Origin: an uncultured Zetaproteobacteria bacterium
GTDB taxonomy: Bacteria > Pseudomonadota > Zetaproteobacteria > Mariprofundales > Mariprofundaceae
DNA: 64,000 bases
NCBI GenBank assembly: GCA_964422615.1
Contig: CAYRBJ010000001.1
Location: 1,025-65,024 of the forward strand
Direction of reading: 5' to 3'
Numbering within the stretch: position 1 is the stretch's first letter; every line of letters starts with the position of its first letter. The notes under the pieces are model-generated. The model was not told the DNA's origin. It saw nothing but the letters and a program-made list of their open reading frames with translations, and searched no databases. The translations under genes and the position numbers were made by a program. Below are positions 1 to 10,326 of this stretch, in pieces.

Positions 1-1
1 C

Positions 2-121
2 GCCGCATCGGTGGCGGGCCTGTTGATCACCACCGAGGCCATGGTGGCCGAGATTCCGAAGCCGGAGTCCGCTGCCCCGGCACCGGGCGGTGACATGGGT
101 GGCATGGGCGGCATGATGTAA
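2..121 (+). CDS. groEL: Chaperonin GroEL, C-terminal fragment (gene begins upstream of the window)
   Basis: Frame 2 reads [39 protein letters not shown]-stop (TAA 119-121). The GGM-repeat tail is the GroEL hallmark. It is absent from the ORF track because it is truncated. Confidence 0.9.
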   Translation, partial: AASVAGLLITTEAMVAEIPKPESAAPAPGGDMGGMGGMM

Positions 122-147
122 TCTGCCATCCATCCGTAGATGAACAG

Positions 148-178
148 AAAGGGCGGCCTACGGGCCGCCCTTTCTTTT
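148..178. terminator. Bidirectional rho-independent terminator between groEL and the convergent 658-aa gene
   Basis: Perfect 11-bp stem aaagggcggcc (148-158) / ggccgcccttt (163-173) with a 4-nt loop. A T-run follows on the plus strand, and TTTCTGTT follows on the minus strand. Confidence 0.8.
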
Positions 179-205
179 GGCTGTCAGCAAAGTGAAAAAC
201 AGATG

Positions 206-2182
206 TCACAATCCTTTTAGCGCGATCATGTCCTGCACCTTCTTGACGGTCAGAATGGGTCCGTGCCTCAGGCGGTCGAACGAGTTGGGGTTGTACGAAA
301 TGGCGATCATCGCGTTGTTGTCGGTCGCACCGCCAAGCCAGATGCCGTTGCCGGCCACAATGGCGCCACTGATATATTCCTGCGCCCCGCTTTCGTTCGC
401 CGTATGGTCTCCATTTGATTCGATCTCGCACGAATCCGGCGTGTACATCATGCCTGAGATATTGGCAAATGCATGCACGTCCAGAAGGCCGCCGGCAAAC
501 GCGAACGCGGGCAGATCTTCCCAGCCCGTGCTGAAAAAGTTGGGCATCTTGGTCAGGGCACCGTCACCATCGGCATCGACAGAGATGGCTGCAGACGGAT
601 CGGGAACCCCGAATTCGGGATAGTTCTTGCCGACGGGCATATTGTCCGTGCCGGTGGCATTGTCCGTCAGATGCATCCACCAACTGCCCGGTGTCTTCTC
701 CGGCGTGGTGGCATCTAGCGCCCCCATGCGCAGCGCCTCGAACGCCACCATCCACCCGTGTTCGTACCCATTGGGGAAGAAGGCGTGAAACTGGTCCTTC
801 TCCGGGATGGTGGCCCAGGCGCTGTTATCGTAATCCGACCTGCGCGTGGCCCCCGGGTTGAAGGTCTGCGTCGCGAGATTGTACTGGGAGCCGGCGCCGG
901 TCAGGTCATTGATGATGGCCGTGCGCGTGGGATTGCCGACGGGATACATGACCGCCTGGCGCATCCAGTATTCGTACACGGCCGCATCGCTGACATCCGA
1001 TGGCACAAAGGCCACGCTGTTCTTGACCATGTATTTGGTTCTGGCCGTGTCGACGCTATCCACGCGGTTGTCTGATCCAACCCAGGTCGGATTGATGTTG
1101 AGCAGCTCGTCATCCTGCATATTCTCCGTGCGGTCTCGTGACCGGGGCAGGATCACGTTCACCTCGCCGATATGCGAAGCCGCATCGTGGGCGGCCACGC
1201 TTGCATAGTTGTCGACATAGTCCTGATCCGAGTCGAGAAAATGGTCCGGGTCGTAGGTGGATTTATCCACGTAATCGATCAACAGCATGCCGTAGACATT
1301 GACGGTGGTCCATGGATTGGCGTTCTTGTATACGGTCTTGCTCCAGTCGCGTACCAACTGGGACAGCTCATTACCCTTGATGGTCGGACTCCAATGGTGT
1401 GCGGTCGCGGGAAACTCCGCCCCATTGGTCGGCTGGTTCGGATCGAGGTAGGCCTCGCCATTCATGTCGATGGGAATGACCACCCGCACGATTCCGTACA
1501 TCGTGCGGCCATTGACGAGGTTGTCGACGAATGTTTCGAACGACATGGTACCGGTGGGCTGATAGTTGAAGCGCGCGGCCCAGCCGATGGCGCCGGCGAT
1601 CTTGTCGCTGCGCCATTTTGCCCACAGACGGTTGGCGGCGTAGCGGATGCGATCCATGTCGAATGCCTGACCATCCAGCGAGAAGAGGTTGTCCAACACT
1701 TCCTGGCTGGTCGGGGTCAGTTTCGGATTGCTGAGCGGCGTCACAAGACCGGTGGAGGCATCATAGGTTCCGAGCCTGTGGACGAAGGTCGTGGGAACAT
1801 TGCCGGAAGGGCACAAGCCGGGCAGGCCCTGATCACAGGTATTGTCCGTCGCGGACGACAGCGAGGAGTCCAGGATATCCGAGTTGTACGTGTCGGCCAT
1901 GACATAGAGATCAGGGGTTGGCTTGGCAAAGCCGGATGGATACAGATCCGGATTGGCTGCGACCACTGGAGGCATTTCCGTGCCGTTAAGCGGAAACGAC
2001 TTGACGGACGTGTCCTGCGTATTGGTCACCAACGCATTCAGATTGTCGGACTGGGTGTAGTCGATGATGATGTGATACGCCTTATTGGGTGGCCCGCTCA
2101 TGGTCAGAGCGGAAGCCGGAGTCGGCAGGGCGACCAGCAAAAGCATGCTTGTGAGCGCGATCAGAAATCCATGGTGCTTCAT
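206..2182 (-). CDS. Secreted protein of unknown function (658 aa) with an EF-hand-like DADGDGALT loop
   Basis: Signal peptide MKHHGFLIALTSMLLLVALPTPASA. The gene starts 10 nt downstream of the PilX-like gene stop. A DxDxDG motif is encoded at 551-577. I recognise no domain family. Confidence 0.8.
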   Translation of the reverse strand: MKHHGFLIALTSMLLLVALPTPASALTMSGPPNKAYHIIIDYTQSDNLNALVTNTQDTSVKSFPLNGTEMPPVVAANPDLYPSGFAKPTPDLYVMADTYNSDILDSSLSSATDNTCDQGLPGLCPSGNVPTTFVHRLGTYDASTGLVTPLSNPKLTPTSQEVLDNLFSLDGQAFDMDRIRYAANRLWAKWRSDKIAGAIGWAARFNYQPTGTMSFETFVDNLVNGRTMYGIVRVVIPIDMNGEAYLDPNQPTNGAEFPATAHHWSPTIKGNELSQLVRDWSKTVYKNANPWTTVNVYGMLLIDYVDKSTYDPDHFLDSDQDYVDNYASVAAHDAASHIGEVNVILPRSRDRTENMQDDELLNINPTWVGSDNRVDSVDTARTKYMVKNSVAFVPSDVSDAAVYEYWMRQAVMYPVGNPTRTAIINDLTGAGSQYNLATQTFNPGATRRSDYDNSAWATIPEKDQFHAFFPNGYEHGWMVAFEALRMGALDATTPEKTPGSWWMHLTDNATGTDNMPVGKNYPEFGVPDPSAAISVDADGDGALTKMPNFFSTGWEDLPAFAFAGGLLDVHAFANISGMMYTPDSCEIESNGDHTANESGAQEYISGAIVAGNGIWLGGATDNNAMIAISYNPNSFDRLRHGPILTVKKVQDMIALKGL

Positions 2183-2192
2183 CGTGATCCCC

Positions 2193-2894
2193 TTACTGGT
2201 ACGAGTTCGTGGTGGCGCCGATATTCGAGGGAAATCCGAAAACCATCGAACCGATTTTTGCGCGAATCATCTTGATCGGGTGTCCGTGCACATAGGCGAT
2301 GCAATAGGCGAACAGGTCGTAGCTGCTCCTGGTGCTGGCGGTATCCACTTCATTCATGGGATCGCCGCTCGGATCGAGCACGGTAGGGACAACCCATATC
2401 ACGACACCATTTCCCGATGGCTTCGATGCCCCATTATTCCACGGCTCCGCCACGACGCTGGGCGTGTTGTTGGCATTCACCGTAATATCCAATGCCACAT
2501 GTGGAGGCAGCGAAAGCGTTGACAGCGCAACGCCATGCGGAGAAGCCGGATCGAAATTCATGGTGTTGTTGATGTCGAAGTAACCCAGGGTGTGATTGGC
2601 GACCTGATCGGGGTTATTCAGAATCTCGCGGTTATCCGGAATGGCATCACCATCGAGGCTGACATCGTTATTCTGCCATGAATGGTCTGGATCGCTGTAC
2701 AAGGCCCAAGTGACATAGTTCAGGCCAGCCTCGGCCAGATAGAAGCCCTGCGTGAAGTTGCGATCGGAGGTGCTGGTCTCCTGATTGGCCCTGGCCCGGT
2801 AAAAAAGACCGGTCATCATCAGGGTCAGAACGACCAGGATCGCGAGGGTTGTGACCAGTACAAAGCCGGTTTCTGCGCTTGTTCTGTCTTTCAT
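2193..2894 (-). CDS. PilX N-terminal domain-like (type IV minor pilin / GspK-like) protein, 233 aa
   Basis: The N-terminus ETGFVLVTTLAILVVLTLMMTGLFYRARANQETS...FYLAEAGLNYV matches the PilX_N pattern: a hydrophobic helix followed by A..A.Y.AEAGL. Confidence 0.75.
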   Translation of the reverse strand: MKDRTSAETGFVLVTTLAILVVLTLMMTGLFYRARANQETSTSDRNFTQGFYLAEAGLNYVTWALYSDPDHSWQNNDVSLDGDAIPDNREILNNPDQVANHTLGYFDINNTMNFDPASPHGVALSTLSLPPHVALDITVNANNTPSVVAEPWNNGASKPSGNGVVIWVVPTVLDPSGDPMNEVDTASTRSSYDLFAYCIAYVHGHPIKMIRAKIGSMVFGFPSNIGATTNSYQ

Positions 2895-3259
2895 GCCCCC
2901 CTTCCTTCGGGAAAATCGCGCCTTATGGCTAACCGCCGTCGTGGTTGCTCATGCCGCTACCGAGGCCCAAGCGACCCACTAATCAGTATCGCGACCGGCC
3001 CGCGGTGCTTTAGTTACATGGTGGCCGACAGCAACCGCGAGGCAACACCATTCAGCACGCCCAACATGGCCGTTTTTCGTTATGGGAAAATGTGATGAGC
3101 TGCACCAATGGGCATAGGGGCGGAGTCGTAGGGGCTTGCCTGTAAGTGGCAGCCCAGATCTCCATCATCCGGGCCAACAGCTGCCGTTAAGCGATACTTT
3201 CACCTGACCCGAATTCTACGAATCACATGTTCGGCCATCTGCGTTCTTTGGCTTAGACT

Positions 3260-4954
3260 TTGTGCCTGGCAACACCAAAGCGAACGGAACGCGGGGAGGA
3301 CACCCTGGGTCATATCGGGCTCAATTTGATAAGCCGTATAAAGGAGAAGGCTGTCCGTTCCTCCAGCAGGAACAAGCTTCTTTTACTCATCCTCCTTCCT
3401 GTTTTCACAGGAACCGCGTTCGCATCCCAACCAACCCAAATGGTTTCTGAGCCGGCTCTGGACGGAGCAAGTCAAAAGGATAAGACAGCATCCGAGCACC
3501 AGGGCCTAAGTACAGCAAAAGGGCTGATCATGCTGGATTACGAAGTGATCCCGGTTCCCGGGAACCCATCCATTGATTTACTTGGCGCCCACTATTTGCA
3601 TCAACTGAACCCTTGGCTTTACCTGGGCATTGGGCTTTATACACCGTTGTTCGATGGCAATTACGGTGGCTTTATGGCCTTTGATACAACCATCCATGCG
3701 CAACACAGCATATTCGGGAATTCATTCATCGATGCCGGCGGCTCATTTGGCGGCGGTGGTGGTGGTTCCAGCATCAGCCAAAGCAGGGAATTGTCCGGTA
3801 AGGGCGGCTTTATCAAAGCTTATCTCGGACTGGGTTACCATTTTTCCGGTTTTTCAGCAGGGATAAATTATGCTGACTTTCGATTCATCCATTCACGAAT
3901 CAATCACTCCCAGTTGGCTTTTTTCATTCAAACGCTGATTTCTAGCCAAATTGGCTCATACGCGCACTCAGGTCAAAGGATGGAGTCCGATGATGCTTTT
4001 CCCGAAGGAGGGGAAAACATATTAAGCCTTGAGCTTAACAATATATTCCAGCTCAAACCCAAAGGGTCGTACACGAGCACCATTAACCTGTCGTCTCTGC
4101 AATTTTCCCACTTCCTGAGCAAAAATCGTTATCTGTTTTTTGGATTAGGCATCGGCTATAAAGGCCTCCCCTTATACAACCAGGCTTTCGGTGGTATCGG
4201 GTACAGGATTTCAATTTCTCCCCGCGCCAAGCTCTATGGCCAAATCGGTGTCGGCTCTGGAGGATACTCACCTGCTGAAATCGATACGGGTTCCGGGCTG
4301 CTTGTCTATCCCAAGGTTTCGCTGGAATACTTGTTGAACAATCACCTTGGACTGGCTTTATCGGGCGGCTACCTTTTCGCGCCCAAAGGCTCCTCCAGGA
4401 ATTTCACCCTGGGTGCAGCCGTCAACTATCACCTTTCTACCGAAGAACAGAACCTTCGTAGCTTCGGCACGGCAAGGGAATTTGTCTTGCGAGGATTCCG
4501 CTTCAGTTTATTCCAGCAAACCGAGTTCAATGTTCGCGTCGGAAACAGAAAGCACGGCAATATCAATCTGTTATCAGGCCAATTTGATTATATCGTCAAT
4601 GATCATTGGTATATACCGCTTCAGGCCAGCGTCGCATACAATGATTTTTTCGGCTATCCAGGGTACGGAGAGATCCTGACCGGATTGGGCATCCAGAGTA
4701 AATTCTCCACAAGCAATAGATTTCAAAGCTTTTTTCAGCTGCTCGTTGGTGCCAATGTCCTCGGTGTCGTGCTGAAGCCTTCCATCGGCGTGGACTATGG
4801 TCTAAGCGATCACCTTGCGCTCTACGGCCAATTTGGCAAGGTCATCACACTCAAGAAAACCAGTCCGTACCCGGGTGATCAACGATTCAGTTCCTATGCT
4901 ATTGGCTTCGGGCTGACCTATCGTTTCTCCTTACCGGACGCCCTTCTCGAATAA
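3260..4954 (+). CDS. Putative outer-membrane beta-barrel-like protein with a Gly-run; low-GC gene
   Basis: Signal-like RNKLLLLILLPVFTGTAFA-SQ, many alternating aromatic/Gly strands (GLGYHF, GIGYRISI, GFGLTYRF near the C-terminus) and GGSFGGGGGGSS. No in-frame ATG precedes the signal peptide. Candidate starts are TTG 3260, CTG 3305 (6 nt after GGGGAGGA) and TTG 3326. Confidence 0.7.
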   Translation: MCLATPKRTERGEDTLGHIGLNLISRIKEKAVRSSSRNKLLLLILLPVFTGTAFASQPTQMVSEPALDGASQKDKTASEHQGLSTAKGLIMLDYEVIPVPGNPSIDLLGAHYLHQLNPWLYLGIGLYTPLFDGNYGGFMAFDTTIHAQHSIFGNSFIDAGGSFGGGGGGSSISQSRELSGKGGFIKAYLGLGYHFSGFSAGINYADFRFIHSRINHSQLAFFIQTLISSQIGSYAHSGQRMESDDAFPEGGENILSLELNNIFQLKPKGSYTSTINLSSLQFSHFLSKNRYLFFGLGIGYKGLPLYNQAFGGIGYRISISPRAKLYGQIGVGSGGYSPAEIDTGSGLLVYPKVSLEYLLNNHLGLALSGGYLFAPKGSSRNFTLGAAVNYHLSTEEQNLRSFGTAREFVLRGFRFSLFQQTEFNVRVGNRKHGNINLLSGQFDYIVNDHWYIPLQASVAYNDFFGYPGYGEILTGLGIQSKFSTSNRFQSFFQLLVGANVLGVVLKPSIGVDYGLSDHLALYGQFGKVITLKKTSPYPGDQRFSSYAIGFGLTYRFSLPDALLE

Positions 4955-5075
4955 GCTGACGAAAAGGGCGCTGATGGCATCCGAATCGGTGCCCCTCAGC
5001 ACGTGGGCGAATAGCTGACAGTAGGTGGGCATGCCTGATGATGCCCCGGCTGGCGACTCGCCCGATCAGCCGGTG

Positions 5076-6887
5076 CTAGCGCAGCGCCAGCCCCAGATCG
5101 CAGTAGGCGTAGACGCCGCGCGGATCGTTGAATCGGGCAAGCGCGCGCCACAGCCTCGTCACCCGGGCCAGCAACGGCGGCAGCTGCGCCGAGACCGCCG
5201 CCGCCGGAATTTCGGCACGCGCCTCGCCTCGCACACGATCAAGCAGCCTGTCCCAGAACGGCCTGGGCGGCGCCAGCCACAGGCGCTGGTAATGGGCGGA
5301 GATGCCGGCCTTGGCCGCTGCCGCAGCCACCGCCTGATCCAGGTCGCCGAGCCGGTCGACCAGGCCGAGCCGCTTGGCATCGGCACCGCTCCACACGCGC
5401 CCCTGGGCGATCTGCTTCACCTGATCCAGCGGTATCTTGCGCCCCTTGGCCACCACCGTCAGGAAACGGCCGTAGATGTCGTTGACGCCCATCTGCATGG
5501 CCTGGGCAACCTGGGGCGTGACCGGCAGGTCGGGGCGCAGCGCCCCGGCGATGGCGGTGGTGCCCAGACCGTCGGCATGGATGCCGAGCTTGGCCAGGGC
5601 CGCATGCACATCGCCGATCAGGCCGAAGACACCGATCGATCCGGTCAGGGTGGTCGGCGTGGCCCATATCTGGTCTGCCGCTGTCGAGATCCAGTATCCG
5701 CCGGATGCCGCCATACCGCCCATCGACACCACCAGCGGCTTGCCGGCAGCGCGGAAGCGCAGCAGGGCCTGACGGATCGTTTCGGAAGCCAGGGCGCTGC
5801 CGCCCGGGCTGTCCACGCGCAACACCAGCGCCTTGATATGGCTGTTCTTGCGGGCGCGATCGATCTCGGCCGACAGCGTCGAGGAACCGATCGAGCCCGG
5901 CGGCTGGTCACCTTCCATAATGGCGCCACTGGCGGTGATGATGCCGACCGCCTTGTCCGGATGCTCAAGTCTGACGGTGTGGGTGGCGCGCAGGTATTTT
6001 CGCCAGTGAATCTGCGGTATATGTTGGTTCGCAGTCAGGCCGAGCTTGCCGGCGATATAGGCCTCGACCGTATGCTCGTCGGCAAGCTGGTCGACCCATT
6101 TCTCGCCCAATGCCAGTTGCGCCATGCTGCCGCCGTATTTTTTCAAATAGGCGGGAAGATCGTCGAGTACCGCCTGCAGGTGCGCAGGATCGATGCCGCG
6201 CGAGGTGGCGATGCCCTTCTTGTAATATGCCCACAGTTCGGACAGCCATGCCCGGTTCGCCTGACGGTCGGCAGGGGACATGTCGTTGCGCATGAACGGC
6301 TCCATCGCCGACTTGTATTTGCCGGCCCGGAACACGTGCACGCTGATGCCGAGCTTGTCGATCGCATCCTTGAAGTAATCGCGATACAGACCGAAGCCGG
6401 TCAGCGCCACCAGGCCCATCGGATGCAGGAACACCCGGTTCGCGGCCGCCGCGACATAATACTGGCCCTGTGTATATTGATCGGCATAGGCCACCACCGG
6501 TTTGCCGGATTTGCGGAAATCCTCGATGGCCCGGCGGATCGCCTGCAGATCGGCCAGCGAGGAATGACCCATGTCATCCAGGTCCAGCGCCATCAGGCGA
6601 ATGCGTTTGTCGTTCTTGGCAGTGTGGATGACCCGGAGCAGGTCGCGCAGCCGCGTCTGCCTGGGTGTGGCGAAGCTGAGAGGCGTCAGGCCCGAACCGG
6701 GCACCGATAGCTGCTCGACGATATCGCCCTTCGGATTCAGGATCAGCGCCGCGTTGCTCGGCACCGACTCACGCCTGCTGAACAGGCCGATGATCAGCAG
6801 CAGCACGATCAGCAGAAACAACCCGTTGATGGTGACCCGACGCACCGTATCGAATGCCTTCAGCCATGCCGACAACCGCTTGCCCAT
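5076..6887 (-). CDS. sppA: Signal peptide peptidase SppA, 67K type (two S49 domains)
   Basis: Motifs SPGGSALASE and GGMAASGGYWIS, plus an N-terminal TM segment. ATG 6887 is preceded by GGAGG. The longer 633-aa ORF is an upstream extension. Confidence 0.92.
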   Translation of the reverse strand: MGKRLSAWLKAFDTVRRVTINGLFLLIVLLLIIGLFSRRESVPSNAALILNPKGDIVEQLSVPGSGLTPLSFATPRQTRLRDLLRVIHTAKNDKRIRLMALDLDDMGHSSLADLQAIRRAIEDFRKSGKPVVAYADQYTQGQYYVAAAANRVFLHPMGLVALTGFGLYRDYFKDAIDKLGISVHVFRAGKYKSAMEPFMRNDMSPADRQANRAWLSELWAYYKKGIATSRGIDPAHLQAVLDDLPAYLKKYGGSMAQLALGEKWVDQLADEHTVEAYIAGKLGLTANQHIPQIHWRKYLRATHTVRLEHPDKAVGIITASGAIMEGDQPPGSIGSSTLSAEIDRARKNSHIKALVLRVDSPGGSALASETIRQALLRFRAAGKPLVVSMGGMAASGGYWISTAADQIWATPTTLTGSIGVFGLIGDVHAALAKLGIHADGLGTTAIAGALRPDLPVTPQVAQAMQMGVNDIYGRFLTVVAKGRKIPLDQVKQIAQGRVWSGADAKRLGLVDRLGDLDQAVAAAAAKAGISAHYQRLWLAPPRPFWDRLLDRVRGEARAEIPAAAVSAQLPPLLARVTRLWRALARFNDPRGVYAYCDLGLALR

Positions 6888-7052
6888 ACGCACCTCCGAT
6901 TTGGATGAAGCCAGAGGCCTGACCATAGCGCCCGATGCTTGATGCCGTCCAGAATTCAGCCATTGGCTTTCGGCCACGGATGCCTAGAGTGCCGGCATGA
7001 CCTTCCGGATCGACATGCTGCCGATGGACATGCCGCTCGCCATGGCCGCTTC

Positions 7053-7844
7053 ATGCTGACCTATCCCCACATCAATCCCGTCGCCGTCAGGATCGGGCCG
7101 GTTGCCATCCACTGGTACGGCCTGATGTACGTATTCGGTTTCCTGTCGGCCTGGTGGCTGACCCGACGCCAGCTGATCGAACGGGGCGTCTGGGGCAGCC
7201 TGATCACGCCCGAGCAATTCGAGGGCCTGTTCACCTGGCTGATCCTCGGCGTCGTCCTCGGTGGCCGCATCGCCTACGTGTTGTTCTACAATCTGGATTT
7301 CTACCTCGCACACCCGTTGCATATCTTCTACGTCTGGCAGGGGGGGATGAGCTTCCACGGGGGCCTTGTCGGTCCGCTGATTGCCGGCTGGCTGTACTGC
7401 AGGAAACACAAACTGCCCTTCCTGTTCCTGGCCGACCGCCTGTTCACGGTAGCGCCGATCGGCCTGGCGCTCGGCCGGCTGGGCAACTTCATCAACGGCG
7501 AGCTGTGGGGACGCGTGACCGACATGCCTTGGGGCATGGTGTTCCCCGGGGCCGGCCCCTTGCCCCGTCATCCCAGCCAACTCTATGAACTGGCGCTTGA
7601 AGGCATCGCGCTGTTCCTGATCCTGTGGTTCACGAGAAAGAAGGAGTGGCCGGACGGCATGCGCGTGGCCGTGTTTCTGGTTGGGTATGCCGTCGCCCGC
7701 ATCTTCTGTGAGAACTTCCGGCAACCCGACCCGCAACTCGGGTTTCTGTTCGGCCCCGTCACCATGGGCATGCTGCTGTCCAGCATCATGCTGGTGGTCG
7801 GCCTGATCTGGATGTACGTGCTGCGCAAACGTTCCCGACGCTGA
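7053..7844 (+). CDS. lgt: Prolipoprotein diacylglyceryl transferase
   Basis: HWYGLMYVFGF and GRLGNFINGELWGR motifs. The start was chosen at MLTYPHINP. Confidence 0.93.
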   Translation: MLTYPHINPVAVRIGPVAIHWYGLMYVFGFLSAWWLTRRQLIERGVWGSLITPEQFEGLFTWLILGVVLGGRIAYVLFYNLDFYLAHPLHIFYVWQGGMSFHGGLVGPLIAGWLYCRKHKLPFLFLADRLFTVAPIGLALGRLGNFINGELWGRVTDMPWGMVFPGAGPLPRHPSQLYELALEGIALFLILWFTRKKEWPDGMRVAVFLVGYAVARIFCENFRQPDPQLGFLFGPVTMGMLLSSIMLVVGLIWMYVLRKRSRR

Positions 7845-7900
7845 CGCGGCCCGGACACGCCGGGCTTGAGCCGTCGGCTGTGCTTGGCCATCATCGGCGC

Positions 7901-8659
7901 ATGCGCATCGCCACCTGGAACGTCAACTCGCTGAACGTGCGCCTGCCGCACGTGCTGGATTACCTGTCCGCCAACCAACCCGACGTGCTGGCATTGCAGG
8001 AAACCAAGCTGCCGGACGAGCGCTTTCCGACCCAAGCCATCGAGGGTGCCGGTTACCAAGTCGTCTATTCCGGCCAGAAAACCTACAACGGCGTCGCCAT
8101 CCTCAGCCGCAGCGGCGCCAGCGATCCGGTGACCGACCTGCCGGGCCTGGATGACCACCAGCGGCGCCTGCTGGCCGCGACCGTGGGCGGCGTGCGCATC
8201 GTCAATGTCTACGTACCGAATGGCCAGGAGGTCGGCTCCGACAAATATGCCTACAAGCTGCACTGGCTGCAGGCGCTCATCGCCTGGCTGCAGGACGAAA
8301 TGAACCGGCACCCCGCATTGGTGCTGCTGGGCGATTTCAACATCGCCCCCGCCGACCTCGATGTGCACGACCCGAAACGCTGGCGTGAAAAGATTATGTG
8401 CTCCAGCGAGGAGCGGGAGCATTTCCAGCGCCTGCTTGCCCTCGGCTTTTGCGATGCGGTGCGCGCCCTGCACCCGGATGCTCCCATGCACAGCTGGTGG
8501 GACTATCGCCTGCGCGCCTTCGAGCGCGGATGGGGCCTGCGCATCGATCACGTGCTGCTCAGCAAGGGACTGACGGCACGAGAAACCGGTGTCGATGTCA
8601 CACTCAGGGCCGGGGACAAACCGTCCGATCATGTCCCCGTCTGGGTCGAGACGGCCTGA
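7901..8659 (+). CDS. xthA: Exodeoxyribonuclease III
   Basis: MRIATWNVNSLN, LALQETKL and SDHVPVWV motifs. Confidence 0.93.
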   Translation: MRIATWNVNSLNVRLPHVLDYLSANQPDVLALQETKLPDERFPTQAIEGAGYQVVYSGQKTYNGVAILSRSGASDPVTDLPGLDDHQRRLLAATVGGVRIVNVYVPNGQEVGSDKYAYKLHWLQALIAWLQDEMNRHPALVLLGDFNIAPADLDVHDPKRWREKIMCSSEEREHFQRLLALGFCDAVRALHPDAPMHSWWDYRLRAFERGWGLRIDHVLLSKGLTARETGVDVTLRAGDKPSDHVPVWVETA

Positions 8660-9078
8660 TGAACCAGGCCCAGCATGCACTGAGCGTCGATGCCCGTGGC
8701 CGCGGCTGTTATGACATCTCGCGCGAGATCCGGGCCTGGGTGCGCGACACCGGAATCCGGGACGGATTGCTGAACCTGTTCGTCCGCCATACCAGCTGTT
8801 CGCTGATGATCCAGGAGAACGCCGATTCCGGGGTGCTGCGCGACATGGAGGCCTTCCTAGCCCGGCTGGTGCCGGACGGCGATCCGCTGTTCCGGCATAC
8901 CGCCGAGGGCGCCGACGACATGCCTGCTCATGTGCGCATGGCCCTGACCCAGGTATCCCTGACGGTACCGGTCAACGGCGGAGCCCCGGCGCTGGGCACC
9001 TGGCAGGGCATCTTCCTCTATGAACATCGGCTTCGCCCCATGCGCCGGCAAGTCCTGCTGCACCTGATCGGAATTTGA
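8659..9078 (+). CDS. yjbQ: YjbQ/UPF0047 family protein (secondary thiamine-phosphate synthase-like)
   Basis: LLNLFVRHTSCSLMIQENADSGVLRDM...GTWQGIFLYEHR. The ATG overlaps the xthA stop (TGATG). Confidence 0.85.
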   Translation: MNQAQHALSVDARGRGCYDISREIRAWVRDTGIRDGLLNLFVRHTSCSLMIQENADSGVLRDMEAFLARLVPDGDPLFRHTAEGADDMPAHVRMALTQVSLTVPVNGGAPALGTWQGIFLYEHRLRPMRRQVLLHLIGI

Positions 9079-9264
9079 CCTGCATCACATCCGGCCGCGG
9101 GCGGCAACGCCAGGCTGCCGTTTTCGTAAGGGGGAGGGACCATGTTCGAACCACGGATCACTTGTCCGCCTGGCACGGGTTGCGCCCGGCAGCGGCTTTG
9201 CGCCCGCTGGTGGAATCACCTAGACGTCATCGACCATTGCGATTATCCTCGTCGACAGTACTGA

Positions 9265-10323
<1,059 letters not shown>

Positions 10324-10326
10324 GTC

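Noticed and set aside
5025-6710. 561-aa plus-strand ORF
   Set aside because: It is entirely antisense to sppA, which has clear S49 motifs. The product is Arg/Gly/Pro/Ala-rich low-complexity sequence, as expected for a shadow ORF in GC-rich DNA, and it has no Shine-Dalgarno.
7583-8680. 365-aa minus-strand ORF
   Set aside because: It is antisense to xthA and the end of lgt. It is a shadow ORF.
9100-9127. Weak terminator after yjbQ
   Set aside because: It has only a 5-bp stem (cggca/tgccg) with a 9-nt loop before TTTT. That is too weak to call as a feature.
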